From a virus, in the IMG/VR virus record IMGVR_UViG_3300005830_000062, positions 1 through 56,678 of that record: 56,678 bases of DNA; one strand, given 5' to 3'. Each line of letters starts with the position of its first letter. Positions within the stretch are counted from its first letter, which is position 1. This document shows positions 37,027 to 46,501 of this stretch, piece by piece. The position numbers and the translations under genes were made by a program. The notes beneath the pieces were generated by a model. It was not told the DNA's origin and did not search any database. It saw only the letters and a list, made by a program, of their open reading frames with translations.

Positions 37027-38073
37027 TTACGTGACGATTGCACCGATGATCCCGCGCCACTCGATCGGCTTGAACTGGAAGTCGTGGCGGATCTTATACT
37101 TGACTTCATCGAAATCGAACGAATACGGGTCATTTCCACCGAGAACGGCCCGAACGCCCGGATCCTTCAGCCCAACGAACGGAGTGGTGTTTCCGTTGAG
37201 AGTGATGAAGGCCAGAGGCGAAAGGCTACCCGTCGGATCGGAAAGGACGTAGTAGTTGTTCGCGTCCGTGAAGAACGGTTCAATGACGATGTTACTGAAG
37301 TGACCCCTCATCAGGTTCGCTTCAAGCTGAGACGATGCGTTCGGCAGCAGCTCGTTCTCATTGATAGCACGAGCCACGAACCGAAGTTCCGTCGGAATCA
37401 GAAGAGTCCGGTTTCCAGGAGTGACGATGGTATAACCCTCATCATCCGTGAAATCGTCGAACTTCAGGTCCAATGTCTGAAGGTTAACCGCACCTTCTGC
37501 AGTCGCCGCCAAAGCTGTGGTAACGATATTGCCGTGGTTGGCGCTGATCAGGGCATTCCCGTCGAACATCGTCGGGTTGCTCTGAAGAGCGGTGATAGCA
37601 GCTCGCTTGCTCATCGTACGAGCAAGAGCCTCGGCGAGCAGTCGCGGCAGTTCAGAGATCTGGTTCAGCCGGTCAGAAATGATCAGCTGCCGGGTCACAC
37701 TGAATGCAGCGCCCCACTCCTTGAGGCGAACCTTCTCCGCCGGGAACTCGCGAATTGCGATCTCATCGTACGGAGCGTTGAGGCCACGCTCGGGAATATC
37801 CTCAAAGCGGCCGAAGCGGCTAGAGGTATATTCCTCGAAGTCCTCAAGATCTACCTGACGTGTATACTGGTTCCAAACGCCCTGGACTTCCTCGAATCGA
37901 GAAAGGAAGCTGTGTCGAACGAGCTTTCCGAGATATGTCGGAAAGTCGCTGGTCGACATCGCCTCCTGAGCGTCCAGCAAACCAGCATCGGCGGATTCCT
38001 TCGCTTCAACGTATGCGTCGAAGAGTCGGATGCGCTTACCAACTGGCAGTCCGAGCGGATTGACAGGCGGCAC
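37027..38073 (-). CDS. Major capsid protein candidate (348 aa).
   Basis: Size and position after the scaffold and decoration-like genes. No motif verified. Confidence 0.55.
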   Translation of the reverse strand: MPPVNPLGLPVGKRIRLFDAYVEAKESADAGLLDAQEAMSTSDFPTYLGKLVRHSFLSRFEEVQGVWNQYTRQVDLEDFEEYTSSRFGRFEDIPERGLNAPYDEIAIREFPAEKVRLKEWGAAFSVTRQLIISDRLNQISELPRLLAEALARTMSKRAAITALQSNPTMFDGNALISANHGNIVTTALAATAEGAVNLQTLDLKFDDFTDDEGYTIVTPGNRTLLIPTELRFVARAINENELLPNASSQLEANLMRGHFSNIVIEPFFTDANNYYVLSDPTGSLSPLAFITLNGNTTPFVGLKDPGVRAVLGGNDPYSFDFDEVKYKIRHDFQFKPIEWRGIIGAIVT

Positions 38074-38090
38074 TTTATCCCTCCTCTGTT

Positions 38091-38483
38091 CTAGTACTGA
38101 TTCTCAGGGCCGAAGAGAACAACACGAACCTGGGTAGCCCCAGCCACAGCTGTTGCCCAAGTACGACCGATCGCCACAGCAGAAGCCGCGAGGGAGGCCG
38201 TGTTATGGAACAGCTGAAGTGTCGTTGCCTGAGTGATCGGCACTGAATAGATCTTCTTGCCTGCGTAGATAAGCGAGGCGTCGAAGAGGTTACCCTTCAG
38301 ATCCCAGACCCCGTCGAGAATCTGAACAACCGGACGGTCAGCCGCAGTAGGAGCAGATGAGAAAGCGGCGTCATCCTGGACGACTCCGTAGTACCCATCC
38401 TTGTAAACCAAATCTCCGGCCATATGACCGAGAGTTGGTGTCCACTGGCGCCGGCGACCGGCATTGACGAAAGTGCGGGCCAT
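38091..38483 (-). CDS. Head decoration-like protein (130 aa).
   Basis: A small beta-rich protein between the scaffold and capsid genes, the usual place for DUF2190-type decoration proteins. Confidence 0.4.
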   Translation of the reverse strand: MARTFVNAGRRRQWTPTLGHMAGDLVYKDGYYGVVQDDAAFSSAPTAADRPVVQILDGVWDLKGNLFDASLIYAGKKIYSVPITQATTLQLFHNTASLAASAVAIGRTWATAVAGATQVRVVLFGPENQY

Positions 38484-38515
38484 CTTTTAAGCTCCTTGAA
38501 GCAACTCTAGTGGCT

Positions 38516-39679
38516 CTACTTCTTGTCCTTGTCAGCTTCCTTCTTGATACCGAAGGTCGCTTCCACGGACTCCATCACGCTGACGGTGGAACGGCTCTCA
38601 CCGCCACTGCCTTCAGAAGCACCCATCCCAACGATCTTAGGACCGGCGCCGGCTTCCTTGAGTTCAGCCTTGGCGTCCTCAACGGACTCCTTCACGCTGT
38701 CCTCATCATACTCAAGAGCGTCTGCGAAGAGGTTGATGAGCCGAGCCTGAGTCCGAGCCGGAAGCCCTGACTTCGAGACATACTCTCGAACCCTCTTAGT
38801 CGTCGCATCCTTCTGAGATGCCTTCTTGGTCATCTCGTCCTGAATGCTCTGGACCTGCTCCTGAACCAGCTTCTCGATCTGCTCTGCAGTCAAAGAAACT
38901 CCTTCTGTGCTATCCTTCTTATCCTCGGTGCCCTCTCCATCGTCATCAGAATCTTCACTCTCCTTGGCGAGCTCAGTACGTAACTGAGCAATCACCTGGG
39001 GAGCGTTCTCCCGAATCTGATCGAGAGTGACCTCGTTCCACTCCACGTCTTCTGCTCCTTCGCTCTCCTTGGCAAATGAGATGACCTCACCACCAGCTGA
39101 TGGGTAGACTACCCAATCAACTGAATGAACGCCGACTATCTCCTGAACGTCCTCGATAGTCTGTAAACCTTCTTTTACATACCCAACCCGGATCCGATGA
39201 TTGGCAGAAACCCCCATATAAGGCTTCGCTCGCTGAGCGTAGTCGAAGAAATCCTTATTGAAGAATTCTACCTTACCAATGATCGCATCCCGCTTAGGAT
39301 CGTAGGTGGTCTCTTCCACAGCCGAGACCATCTCCTGAAGTGATCGCTTCAGGGGCGGCTGATTGCTGTGGTTAACGAACATACGAACCCCATTATAGAT
39401 CCCTTCCTTAGCGGCTTTCCGCAAAGTAGTAGATCGATAATTCCTGGGATTCTTGGCTCGTCCAGCTTTGATGATGACGACACTGGCACTCATCTTGCCA
39501 GTTTCTTCATCGGTATGGAAGGTGGCTTCCGAGGCGTCAACTACTTCAGAGGCAAGAATCGGTCCCATACCCTCCTCTTCTGTGGCTCGCATGATCGTAG
39601 CGCAATAAGCTTTAGGATCAGACTTGCCTGAGTTCTTTCTGACACAGTCAGCGAAGTTTTTGTACCCAGCGAATGGCAT
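38516..39679 (-). CDS. Scaffold / prohead maturation protein (387 aa).
   Basis: N-terminal YKNFADCVRKN...DPKAYCATI box seen in phage scaffold/protease fusions. Acidic coiled-coil C-terminal half. Confidence 0.45.
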   Translation of the reverse strand: MPFAGYKNFADCVRKNSGKSDPKAYCATIMRATEEEGMGPILASEVVDASEATFHTDEETGKMSASVVIIKAGRAKNPRNYRSTTLRKAAKEGIYNGVRMFVNHSNQPPLKRSLQEMVSAVEETTYDPKRDAIIGKVEFFNKDFFDYAQRAKPYMGVSANHRIRVGYVKEGLQTIEDVQEIVGVHSVDWVVYPSAGGEVISFAKESEGAEDVEWNEVTLDQIRENAPQVIAQLRTELAKESEDSDDDGEGTEDKKDSTEGVSLTAEQIEKLVQEQVQSIQDEMTKKASQKDATTKRVREYVSKSGLPARTQARLINLFADALEYDEDSVKESVEDAKAELKEAGAGPKIVGMGASEGSGGESRSTVSVMESVEATFGIKKEADKDKK

Positions 39680-39694
39680 CTTCTTTCCTCCGGA

Positions 39695-39913
39695 TTAAAC
39701 CTCCGGTTCAACGTACTTCGGATACCAGGGGCCGTGGATACGACGGATAGCACCCTTCTTGGTGAGCTGGTACTTCCCACCATTAGAAGTAGCAAAGACG
39801 AGGGTCTTCAGGTTGTAACTGATGATATCCTCGTCGATATATCCAGAACGAGAAAGGAAAACAGCCATAGGAGTATTGCGGCTCTTAGGCTTAGGGGCCG
39901 GTTCAGCAACCAT
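39695..39913 (-). CDS. Small protein (72 aa), paralog of 39924..40154.
   Basis: Track ORF trimmed to the ATG after AAGGAGG. Shared pattern FL...GY...D..S....T..F.T.NGG.Y.....G.I..I.GP. Confidence 0.5.
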   Translation of the reverse strand: MVAEPAPKPKSRNTPMAVFLSRSGYIDEDIISYNLKTLVFATSNGGKYQLTKKGAIRRIHGPWYPKYVEPEV

Positions 39914-39923
39914 TTCAGCCTCC

Positions 39924-40154
39924 TTAGATTTCGAGTCGGTCCTCAACCCCAACTGGCGGACCGCTGATATGATCGATATTCCCATCTTCACTCACGCGAT
40001 ATGTGCCGCCATTCCTAGTGAGGAAGGTACGGGTTTCATAACTCAACGAAAGGACATCTCCTGAGCCATATCCGGTAGCTTCAAGAAACTGCCGGCGGAG
40101 CTCTTCTTGCCCCTCATTCAGTCGTGGTTCTTGAAGCAGGGCGGCTAGACCCAT
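39924..40154 (-). CDS. Small protein (76 aa), paralog of 39695..39913.
   Basis: Track ORF with the start at the ATG after GGAGG. Confidence 0.5.
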   Translation of the reverse strand: MGLAALLQEPRLNEGQEELRRQFLEATGYGSGDVLSLSYETRTFLTRNGGTYRVSEDGNIDHISGPPVGVEDRLEI

Positions 40155-40872
40155 GAGCAACCTCCAGTAACAGCCCTCTCATTCTATTGGCGAGCTCCTC
40201 ATTCGGCATTGGGATGCCGGATGCGAGTTCAATCCTACAGCCACAGCGGGTGAGGCCAAGGCAGACAGAACCATCACCAGGAGCTCCGGGCAGAACAGGA
40301 AGTCCAAGCCCGCTGGTCCTTTCTCGCTGATAAGGACCTTCAAATGCAGCTCTTTGACATTCTAGGCAATGTTCTGTGTTTCCCAGTCGCCATCTATAAG
40401 GGCCGGGAGGCATTGCCTCAAGGCGGCCCCGCTCAAAGATTCCCCTGAGTGCCAGAAGATAGAGCCTGGACCTCTGGATGGGGTCCAAAGCGACTGCGTT
40501 AGAGGCCAGATCTTTCCCGAACTGACGAAGAAAACCAGTTTCCTGGCTCAACTCCTCGTCTAAAATCCGGATATCACGATCTGTTAAAGTATAGAATGGG
40601 AAGACACTAATGGCGCCTAGTGCATAGGTAACGAAGTATGCTCTTCGGATGACAGCACGGGAGCTGTTAATGAATCTTTGAACACTAATAGAATTGGAGG
40701 CAACACCATCAGTGAGACGTAAGAGGTCACGACGAAGTCGTCGGCTAGCAGCCAAGAAAGATCGCTCAATGTCTCTTCCGTCAAACGTGCCAAAGGAATC
40801 GCTTGTAGGTTGTAAGAATGGCGCAAAGGGTCGTCGAAACGAACTAAAGGAGTCATGTCGGTTTCGGACCAT
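40114..40872 (-). CDS. Head morphogenesis (MuF/SPP1 gp7-like) protein candidate.
   Basis: Follows the portal gene. Contains a GNTEHCLECQRAAFEGPY Cys box of the kind found in the MuF domain. Confidence 0.45.
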   Translation of the reverse strand: MVRNRHDSFSSFRRPFAPFLQPTSDSFGTFDGRDIERSFLAASRRLRRDLLRLTDGVASNSISVQRFINSSRAVIRRAYFVTYALGAISVFPFYTLTDRDIRILDEELSQETGFLRQFGKDLASNAVALDPIQRSRLYLLALRGIFERGRLEAMPPGPYRWRLGNTEHCLECQRAAFEGPYQRERTSGLGLPVLPGAPGDGSVCLGLTRCGCRIELASGIPMPNEELANRMRGLLLEVAHGSSRPASRTTTE

Positions 40873-42700
40873 TACTTACCTTCTCACCGCGGCCCGCTAC
40901 CAACTTCTTCATATTCGGACCCATCGCGGCGTTTGGAGTTTTTCCAGCCACCGGAGGCTTGTTGCCATTCCCATTCGCGTCATCCGAGTTGTTCAATCCA
41001 TTGAGCAAAGCCTGTTGCTGCTGCTGGCGGAGTACTTCAGCGGCAGCCGCTTCAGCCTCGACCTGGGGCATGAGCCCGTCGATATTAGGAACGCCCATGA
41101 TAGTGAGAACGGCCCGAATGGCCTGTTCACGAACCGTCATGTTATTGGGCGCGATATCCCGAACGATCTGAGCCCAAGAGGTAGTATACTTGACGATGTC
41201 CTGACTGATGATCGGCGGGAAGGAGAATCCAATCCGTTCTAGGACCTCGTGTGTGGCTTCCTCATCCTTCAAAGCCACCATCAGGACGTACTCGAACCAA
41301 TCCTTGTAGAAATCCTCGATGAATTGCTGCCAGTCCTCGTAGGACTTCACCATCGGCAATTCCATCGACTGAGCTGTGGCTAGGTTCGCGTCCCCACCCT
41401 CACCAAAGTAGTGAACCATGGTCCCAACGCCAGCACCGGCTGACATCAGGATCATTCTTGCATCTTCCTTGGCGTTAGCAGCTCCAGTGTCGGTCTTCAT
41501 CCACTCAAGATCGACGGCCTGATTGGAGTCGTAGATGGCTCCAGGGATGGGTCGAGTGAGTTTCCTAATCTCAGTACCGCTATCGCTCCCAGTATCACCA
41601 CCGACGGTCAGACCACCAAACTTACCGCCGAACTGAGCCACAGAGGTGGGTCCGCCCTTGATCTTCCTAACGTAGGATATTGCCTGAGCGGCTGAGTTGA
41701 TAGAAGCCCGGCCTTCCATGAACTCACGGAAAACCCGGAACCATTCCCTAGAGGCGTAAAGCTCTGAAAGTCCCCTCTTGCCTGACTTCGTCCAGAGCTC
41801 GTTGATCATGACATGACGGATCCTAGCCGTCTTGTCGATCTTAGCCGCCGGAATCTTAATATTCTTCTTGATATCAGCCAACATCTCGTCTGTGATGCGG
41901 TAGTCAAGATAATACTTCGATTTGGGCTGGCCTTTTGGTCGATACTGATCAGCCTGTCCGTCGTACTCCATCTCTTGGTACTGACGCTTGTAGTACACCG
42001 GGCGGAGTTTGTTATTCGGATCGTAAATGACCTGAACGATTTCTTCGAGCGGAATCTCGCTTACCTTGACGTAAGGCTCAGCTTCCCCCTCGAAACAAGC
42101 GTAGAACTTCTCCCCATCCGTCACCATCTCATCCAGCATTGTCTGCATGGTATGATGAGTAGTGAAGGCGAGCTTATTGTCCTGATCCTCCCAGAAGGCC
42201 TCAAGGATTTCTCGGCCCTGATCTGTGGCACCAACGATCTGTTCCTGTCGGGAGCGGGCTGCACGTGGAAGCTGCACGAGCTTTGTGGGGGGTGGCGGTA
42301 AGGCCGTCCCACGAGCGGGCTCCAAGTTGTTCCCGACAGGAACAGTCTCGTCCATTTCTGGCGACTCAGATTCTGGTGAAGCCAGAACCCACTGGACCCC
42401 CTTGCCAAGTGTGAATCTAACGACTAGCTTCACTGCCTGCTTGGCAAGGGGGTTGTCGTGGCGCAGTCGGCGGAGTCTCGCAAGAACTTTCTTACGATCC
42501 CCAATGGGAAGGACTTCCGCGATCTGATTGATGTCGAATAAGTTCAGATAGTCAAGATCCTCGATCTGACGCTGCAACAGTGCATTGTCAGACACGAGGT
42601 GTTCCATGGTATCTGCGAGTTCCATCCTCTCGGTCTGGAACTCCTCGATAACATCATCGAGTCCTATTAGGTTTGCGATGGCTTCCTGGATTGTATTCAC
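40853..42700 (-). CDS. Portal protein candidate (615 aa).
   Basis: Size and position directly after terminase. Confidence 0.6.
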   Translation of the reverse strand: MNTIQEAIANLIGLDDVIEEFQTERMELADTMEHLVSDNALLQRQIEDLDYLNLFDINQIAEVLPIGDRKKVLARLRRLRHDNPLAKQAVKLVVRFTLGKGVQWVLASPESESPEMDETVPVGNNLEPARGTALPPPPTKLVQLPRAARSRQEQIVGATDQGREILEAFWEDQDNKLAFTTHHTMQTMLDEMVTDGEKFYACFEGEAEPYVKVSEIPLEEIVQVIYDPNNKLRPVYYKRQYQEMEYDGQADQYRPKGQPKSKYYLDYRITDEMLADIKKNIKIPAAKIDKTARIRHVMINELWTKSGKRGLSELYASREWFRVFREFMEGRASINSAAQAISYVRKIKGGPTSVAQFGGKFGGLTVGGDTGSDSGTEIRKLTRPIPGAIYDSNQAVDLEWMKTDTGAANAKEDARMILMSAGAGVGTMVHYFGEGGDANLATAQSMELPMVKSYEDWQQFIEDFYKDWFEYVLMVALKDEEATHEVLERIGFSFPPIISQDIVKYTTSWAQIVRDIAPNNMTVREQAIRAVLTIMGVPNIDGLMPQVEAEAAAAEVLRQQQQQALLNGLNNSDDANGNGNKPPVAGKTPNAAMGPNMKKLVAGRGEKVSNGPKPT

Positions 42701-42736
42701 GCCATCATCCTTGTAGATCTTTCTCCGCTGCCGCCA

Positions 42737-42937
42737 TTACTGCTCTAGATGGCAAGGTGGAGAGGCGAGGATGAGGTCCGGCTTCCAGGGTAAGTGAGTG
42801 ATGCCCAACTCTCTTACATCAAGCACAAGGTCGACCTCGAACGAGGGATCGAAGTCTACCGTGAAGACCTCATGCCCCGCCTCTCGGAATGGGTTGCTCC
42901 AACCTCCATACCCTGCGAACAGATCCAAGACCTTCAA
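42737..42937 (-). pseudogene. Truncated C5 cytosine DNA methyltransferase (N-terminal 66 aa only).
   Basis: Motif I DLFAGYGGW and motif IV ASPPC are present. A stop follows 4 codons after PPC. Only 36 nt remain before the portal start. Confidence 0.65.
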
Positions 42938-44355
42938 TAATCTAATCCAAGACTGACGTTTGCCCGGAAGTCCGGAATGATTTCATCCCAGTCCACGTGC
43001 TCTATTATCTCAATCTCTGGAGTCTGATTGAAGAGCTCGGGGAAGTTGTTGTAGTACCCGTAACGAACAGCATCCAGTGCGTGGTTATCCACGTCCACAG
43101 GGCGTTCAGTCGGTGAGGATTCTACCCTTTTTCGCGCATCGTCCGGATAATGATAGAGGTTGTGTTCTTTGATGGCATTGACGCATCTCGGATCGTATGT
43201 GATCCTTGGAACCACCAGCGTATCGGTCGACCGGATGGGGTCTCTGAGGAACATATGATGGACCTCGATACCCCGTGTGATGCTCGTCGGTTTCTCGTTT
43301 CTCGTCCTATAGCCGCGAAGTCTCCAAGTAGCAACTGCTTCAGCCGCCGCCTTATCAACGATGACATCGATGTCCTCCGAGGGATTTCCGAAGTCGTTGA
43401 TCAAGTAGGGCCGCCACTTTTCTTCTGCTAGTTTGATTACCTGGGCAGTTGTCTTCTGGGTGACGTAAATCTCATCCAGAACGTGAATTTCCTCTTCCGG
43501 AGTCAACTGAACGAGAAGTGCAGCATAAGGCGCGGTAGAACCTGGGTCGCACCAGACCTGAGTACGGAGCAAAGGATTGTAGTTATGCACCCGAACGTGG
43601 ATGTTCTCATCAAACTCGTAGTAGACGAGGCCACCGTATGCGATGAACTTAGCTTCCCATTCCTGGGCGAACGATTCCGGAGTGCTCGATCGTTTCGCCT
43701 CTTCAATCTCCTCGGGAGGGAGGATTGGGTTCATGCGCGATGGGACGGTCCAGCTCTCCCACCACGCGCTATCCGGGTCATCCCGATCCTGGCCTTTGAG
43801 GAAGAAGTTATAGAACCAGTTGAAGCCGCGCGGCGTGCTCGAGAACAGAGCGCGTCCCTGGCGATCTGCCAATGCCGGGCGGATGTACTGATGCCAAGTC
43901 CGTTCTTTGAGTCGGGCGGCTTCTGCGAGAATAACAAGATCGAGACCTTCTCCAATGAGCTGGTCTGGGTTCTCCTCCGACCGGCACTCGATCATTGAGC
44001 CGTTCTCGAACTGAATGAACAGCTCACGTTCTGACTTACGCCGAACGGGGATATTCTGTAGTTCTACCGCATATCGCCAAACGGTCCGGAACTCTTTCTC
44101 GGCAAGGTCCATCGTCGGACCCACAACCCAGATGTAAGAGCCTGGAACGACGCACTGCGCGAAGGCTTCATGTCCGCCTAGTTTTGATTTTCCAATCCGG
44201 CGCCCGCCATTGAAGATGCGGAATCTAGCCCTCGACCGGTGTACTAGTTCCTGGTATGGTAGTACCTGGATCCCCGTACTGCGGAAAATCCGCGCCATCG
44301 CCGCTGGAGTCAGTATTGAAGAGCGCGTTGAGGATTCCTTCATACTTGGTAACAT
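42934..44355 (-). CDS. terL: Terminase large subunit.
   Basis: Walker A GGRRIGKSKLGG. Size 473 aa. Follows the HTH-type small subunit. The exact start is uncertain (overlap with terS). Confidence 0.8.
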   Translation of the reverse strand: MLPSMKESSTRSSILTPAAMARIFRSTGIQVLPYQELVHRSRARFRIFNGGRRIGKSKLGGHEAFAQCVVPGSYIWVVGPTMDLAEKEFRTVWRYAVELQNIPVRRKSERELFIQFENGSMIECRSEENPDQLIGEGLDLVILAEAARLKERTWHQYIRPALADRQGRALFSSTPRGFNWFYNFFLKGQDRDDPDSAWWESWTVPSRMNPILPPEEIEEAKRSSTPESFAQEWEAKFIAYGGLVYYEFDENIHVRVHNYNPLLRTQVWCDPGSTAPYAALLVQLTPEEEIHVLDEIYVTQKTTAQVIKLAEEKWRPYLINDFGNPSEDIDVIVDKAAAEAVATWRLRGYRTRNEKPTSITRGIEVHHMFLRDPIRSTDTLVVPRITYDPRCVNAIKEHNLYHYPDDARKRVESSPTERPVDVDNHALDAVRYGYYNNFPELFNQTPEIEIIEHVDWDEIIPDFRANVSLGLDY

Positions 44356-44839
44356 TCACATCGCCCTCGACCGTTATCGCCATCCCCTTGCCGCCCTGAG
44401 GTCCTGTTCGATCGAGAATACGAACGAGGTCCATAACTTCCAGATTCACGATGAACGGCTTGGAAGTGCGACGATCCAACTCGCGATAGATCTTACCACG
44501 AATTTTGGAAGCTAGAACGCCTCTCAGCTCTTCAATACGAGTTCTAAACTCTGGGTCCGTATAGTACTTCTTAATCTGCCGGGGGCTAACGCCGGCGTAT
44601 TTCGCAGCGAGCTTCTGCGTAGCTCCAACTGCTAAAGCTTGTGCTGCCATCTCTTGATGCGCCCGCATCGCCGCGTAACGCAACCGGGGCTGCTTGCGGA
44701 AGCCCTCTGCGTAATCCTCGTCGCTCTTCCCCGTAGGGTTCAACAGACGAAGTCCTCGATTAGTGGGTTCCAGTCGGTTCCGGATTTGACTGGTCATCTC
44801 CTCTGGTTCGACCTTGACCAGTTCTTTCCTCGTTGCCAC
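44225..44839 (-). CDS. terS: Terminase small subunit candidate (HTH).
   Basis: ATQKLAAKYAGVSPRQIKKYY HTH. Located immediately upstream of terL. Confidence 0.6.
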   Translation of the reverse strand: MATRKELVKVEPEEMTSQIRNRLEPTNRGLRLLNPTGKSDEDYAEGFRKQPRLRYAAMRAHQEMAAQALAVGATQKLAAKYAGVSPRQIKKYYTDPEFRTRIEELRGVLASKIRGKIYRELDRRTSKPFIVNLEVMDLVRILDRTGPQGGKGMAITVEGDVNVTKYEGILNALFNTDSSGDGADFPQYGDPGTTIPGTSTPVEG

Positions 44840-45455
44840 GTGGAAGATACCCCATCGCTGTCCGAATCGCCTTTGCCATCCTGATATGAATGTTCACTAA
44901 TGAAGTATCGAGTTCAGCGGCGATTTCTGCCTCGGTCCTTCCACTAACTCCTCTCACGAGAACAATCCCTAGCGGAGGTTGATGCCCCATCAGCTTCCAC
45001 AGGGCAGAAGCGATAGGGAAGAGCCGCCATGCCGGGCTAGTATATTGCTCACGCGCGCGAGGGAGTTTGTGATATAGTGACCCCCGTCTCCGACGATATT
45101 CATGAAGAGGCTCATCTTTGTCCGGGGGTTTGAGGCCCATTACCAGATAAAGATGAGCTATGAACTTCGGAGTTGTCTGTGGGTTTCCGTTATCAGCGAG
45201 GGTTTTGAAGAGATGGATCCTGGTCGGGATTTCTGAAGCCCAGCCTTCACGGAAGAAACATAGGCCACAGAGAAGGGGTTGGTCTGGATGATTGCTGATA
45301 AGATAGATCGGGGAATGGGAGCAAACTGTTCTAACCCTGAGGGCTTCATAGGGCAGAGTTTGAAAATAATCTCTTCCCTTAGAATGTTTAGTTTGCTGAT
45401 CTAATCTCTTCCTCGGTCCCTTTGGAAGGTTGATTGAGTTTACCAGGCCCGTCAA
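44760..45455 (-). CDS. HTH regulator with a sigma-70 region-4-like C-terminus (231 aa).
   Basis: VRGVSGRTEAEIAAELDTSLVNIHIRMAKAIRTA. First gene of the late operon. Confidence 0.35.
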   Translation of the reverse strand: MTGLVNSINLPKGPRKRLDQQTKHSKGRDYFQTLPYEALRVRTVCSHSPIYLISNHPDQPLLCGLCFFREGWASEIPTRIHLFKTLADNGNPQTTPKFIAHLYLVMGLKPPDKDEPLHEYRRRRGSLYHKLPRAREQYTSPAWRLFPIASALWKLMGHQPPLGIVLVRGVSGRTEAEIAAELDTSLVNIHIRMAKAIRTAMGYLPRGNEERTGQGRTRGDDQSNPEPTGTH

Positions 45456-45635
45456 CTTGATCCACCCTCTAAGTTCGATGGGGAAGAGATTAGATAAGGA
45501 ATCTCCTTCCCCACCAGTGGAGGTCAGAACCGGTAGCTCCGGAAGTTTTGGGTTCTATCTCTTCCCCGGTATTGTCCGTGGGTTGATGTTGAACCTACTC
45601 TCCTGGCCTAGCCTAGGATCATCAGCTACCCTATC

Positions 45636-45664
45636 ATATTATGTCATCTTGAGGTTTTTGTCAA
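45636..45664 (-). promoter_or_regulatory. Sigma70-type promoter, TTGACA-N17-TAATAT, upstream of the late operon.
   Basis: Minus strand: TTGACAaaaacctcaagatgacaTAATAT. Confidence 0.55.
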
Positions 45665-45693
45665 GGTATGGGATTATCATGTGTTTTCGGAGT

Positions 45694-45718
45694 GAAGAGC
45701 TTAGGGGTTAAGCTCTTC
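45694..45718 (-). terminator. Perfect 10-bp stem hairpin just upstream of the late promoter.
   Basis: GAAGAGCTTA-ggggt-TAAGCTCTTC. No clear U tract. Confidence 0.35.
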
Positions 45719-45981
45719 CCATCTCTTCCCAGATCAAACTTGGGTCTGCCACAGGGAGGCTAACCTCAGATTGATGGGTAAAAGTTTCCCGGCAAGGATC
45801 ACATTTAGTCCACCCTAGTCAATAGACCTCTAGGGGGTATTGGAGATTTCTAGGCTCCTTCTAGGCCCATCACCGAGACATCTGCAATAGCCGTCTGTCC
45901 CTGCCTGGTATAGGGGGAAACACATCTTCAGAAAACATCTACATCTTCTAATCCGGCAACACCGGCTCAGAGGCCATATGG

Positions 45982-46014
45982 GGGACGGGATACTCTAGGG
46001 GAGTATCCCGTCCC
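45982..46014 (-). terminator. GC-rich 14-bp perfect hairpin at the edge of the high-GC island.
   Basis: GGGACGGGATACTC-taggg-GAGTATCCCGTCCC. Lies downstream of the 46175..46501 gene. Confidence 0.4.
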
Positions 46015-46174
46015 GTGCTAGCGGGCTAGCCTGCGACGACCCTGTAGCACGTCCCGCACAATGGGACTCGCGTCCCCTGTGCCGTGGGCCAGAGTCGCCA
46101 CGCTTGGCCTAGCAGCGCGTGGCACGCGGCGCAGCGCGGCGGGAGTCGTCGCGCGATACGCTCGCGCAGACCTG

Positions 46175-46501
46175 TCACGACGCGTCGTCCTGTGGCGCGC
46201 TCTGCGCCACGCTGGCGGGCTTGCGGGTCGTCTTGGGCTTGCGGGTCGTCCCCGTCCCATTCGTCCCGCTACGGCCGACACTGGCGGCCGTGGCGCGTCC
46301 TGCGCGTCCCTTGGCAACGAGCGCGGACACAATGCGCTGATACAGGCGGGCATCGTATAGATGCGCGGTGTACGCGTCGTCCTGATACGCGCTCACGTTA
46401 TCCCGAACCCATGCGCGGACACGCTTGTCCGAGTAGGGGCGTCCTAGTCGCTTGGCGACCTCGCGCGCCGTCTGGCGAGCGGTGTAGGTCTGTCCGGCCA
46501 T
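46175..46501 (-). CDS. Basic hypothetical protein (108 aa) in the high-GC island.
   Basis: Track ORF 46175..46735 trimmed to the ATG after GGGAGG. C-terminus is basic (RKPKTTRKP). Confidence 0.5.
   Translation of the reverse strand: MAGQTYTARQTAREVAKRLGRPYSDKRVRAWVRDNVSAYQDDAYTAHLYDARLYQRIVSALVAKGRAGRATAASVGRSGTNGTGTTRKPKTTRKPASVAQSAPQDDAS

Noticed and set aside
37084-38094. 336-aa plus-strand ORF covering the capsid gene region.
   Set aside because: It is antisense to the major capsid candidate inside a 29 kb uninterrupted minus-strand operon. It is Arg-rich and has no RBS.
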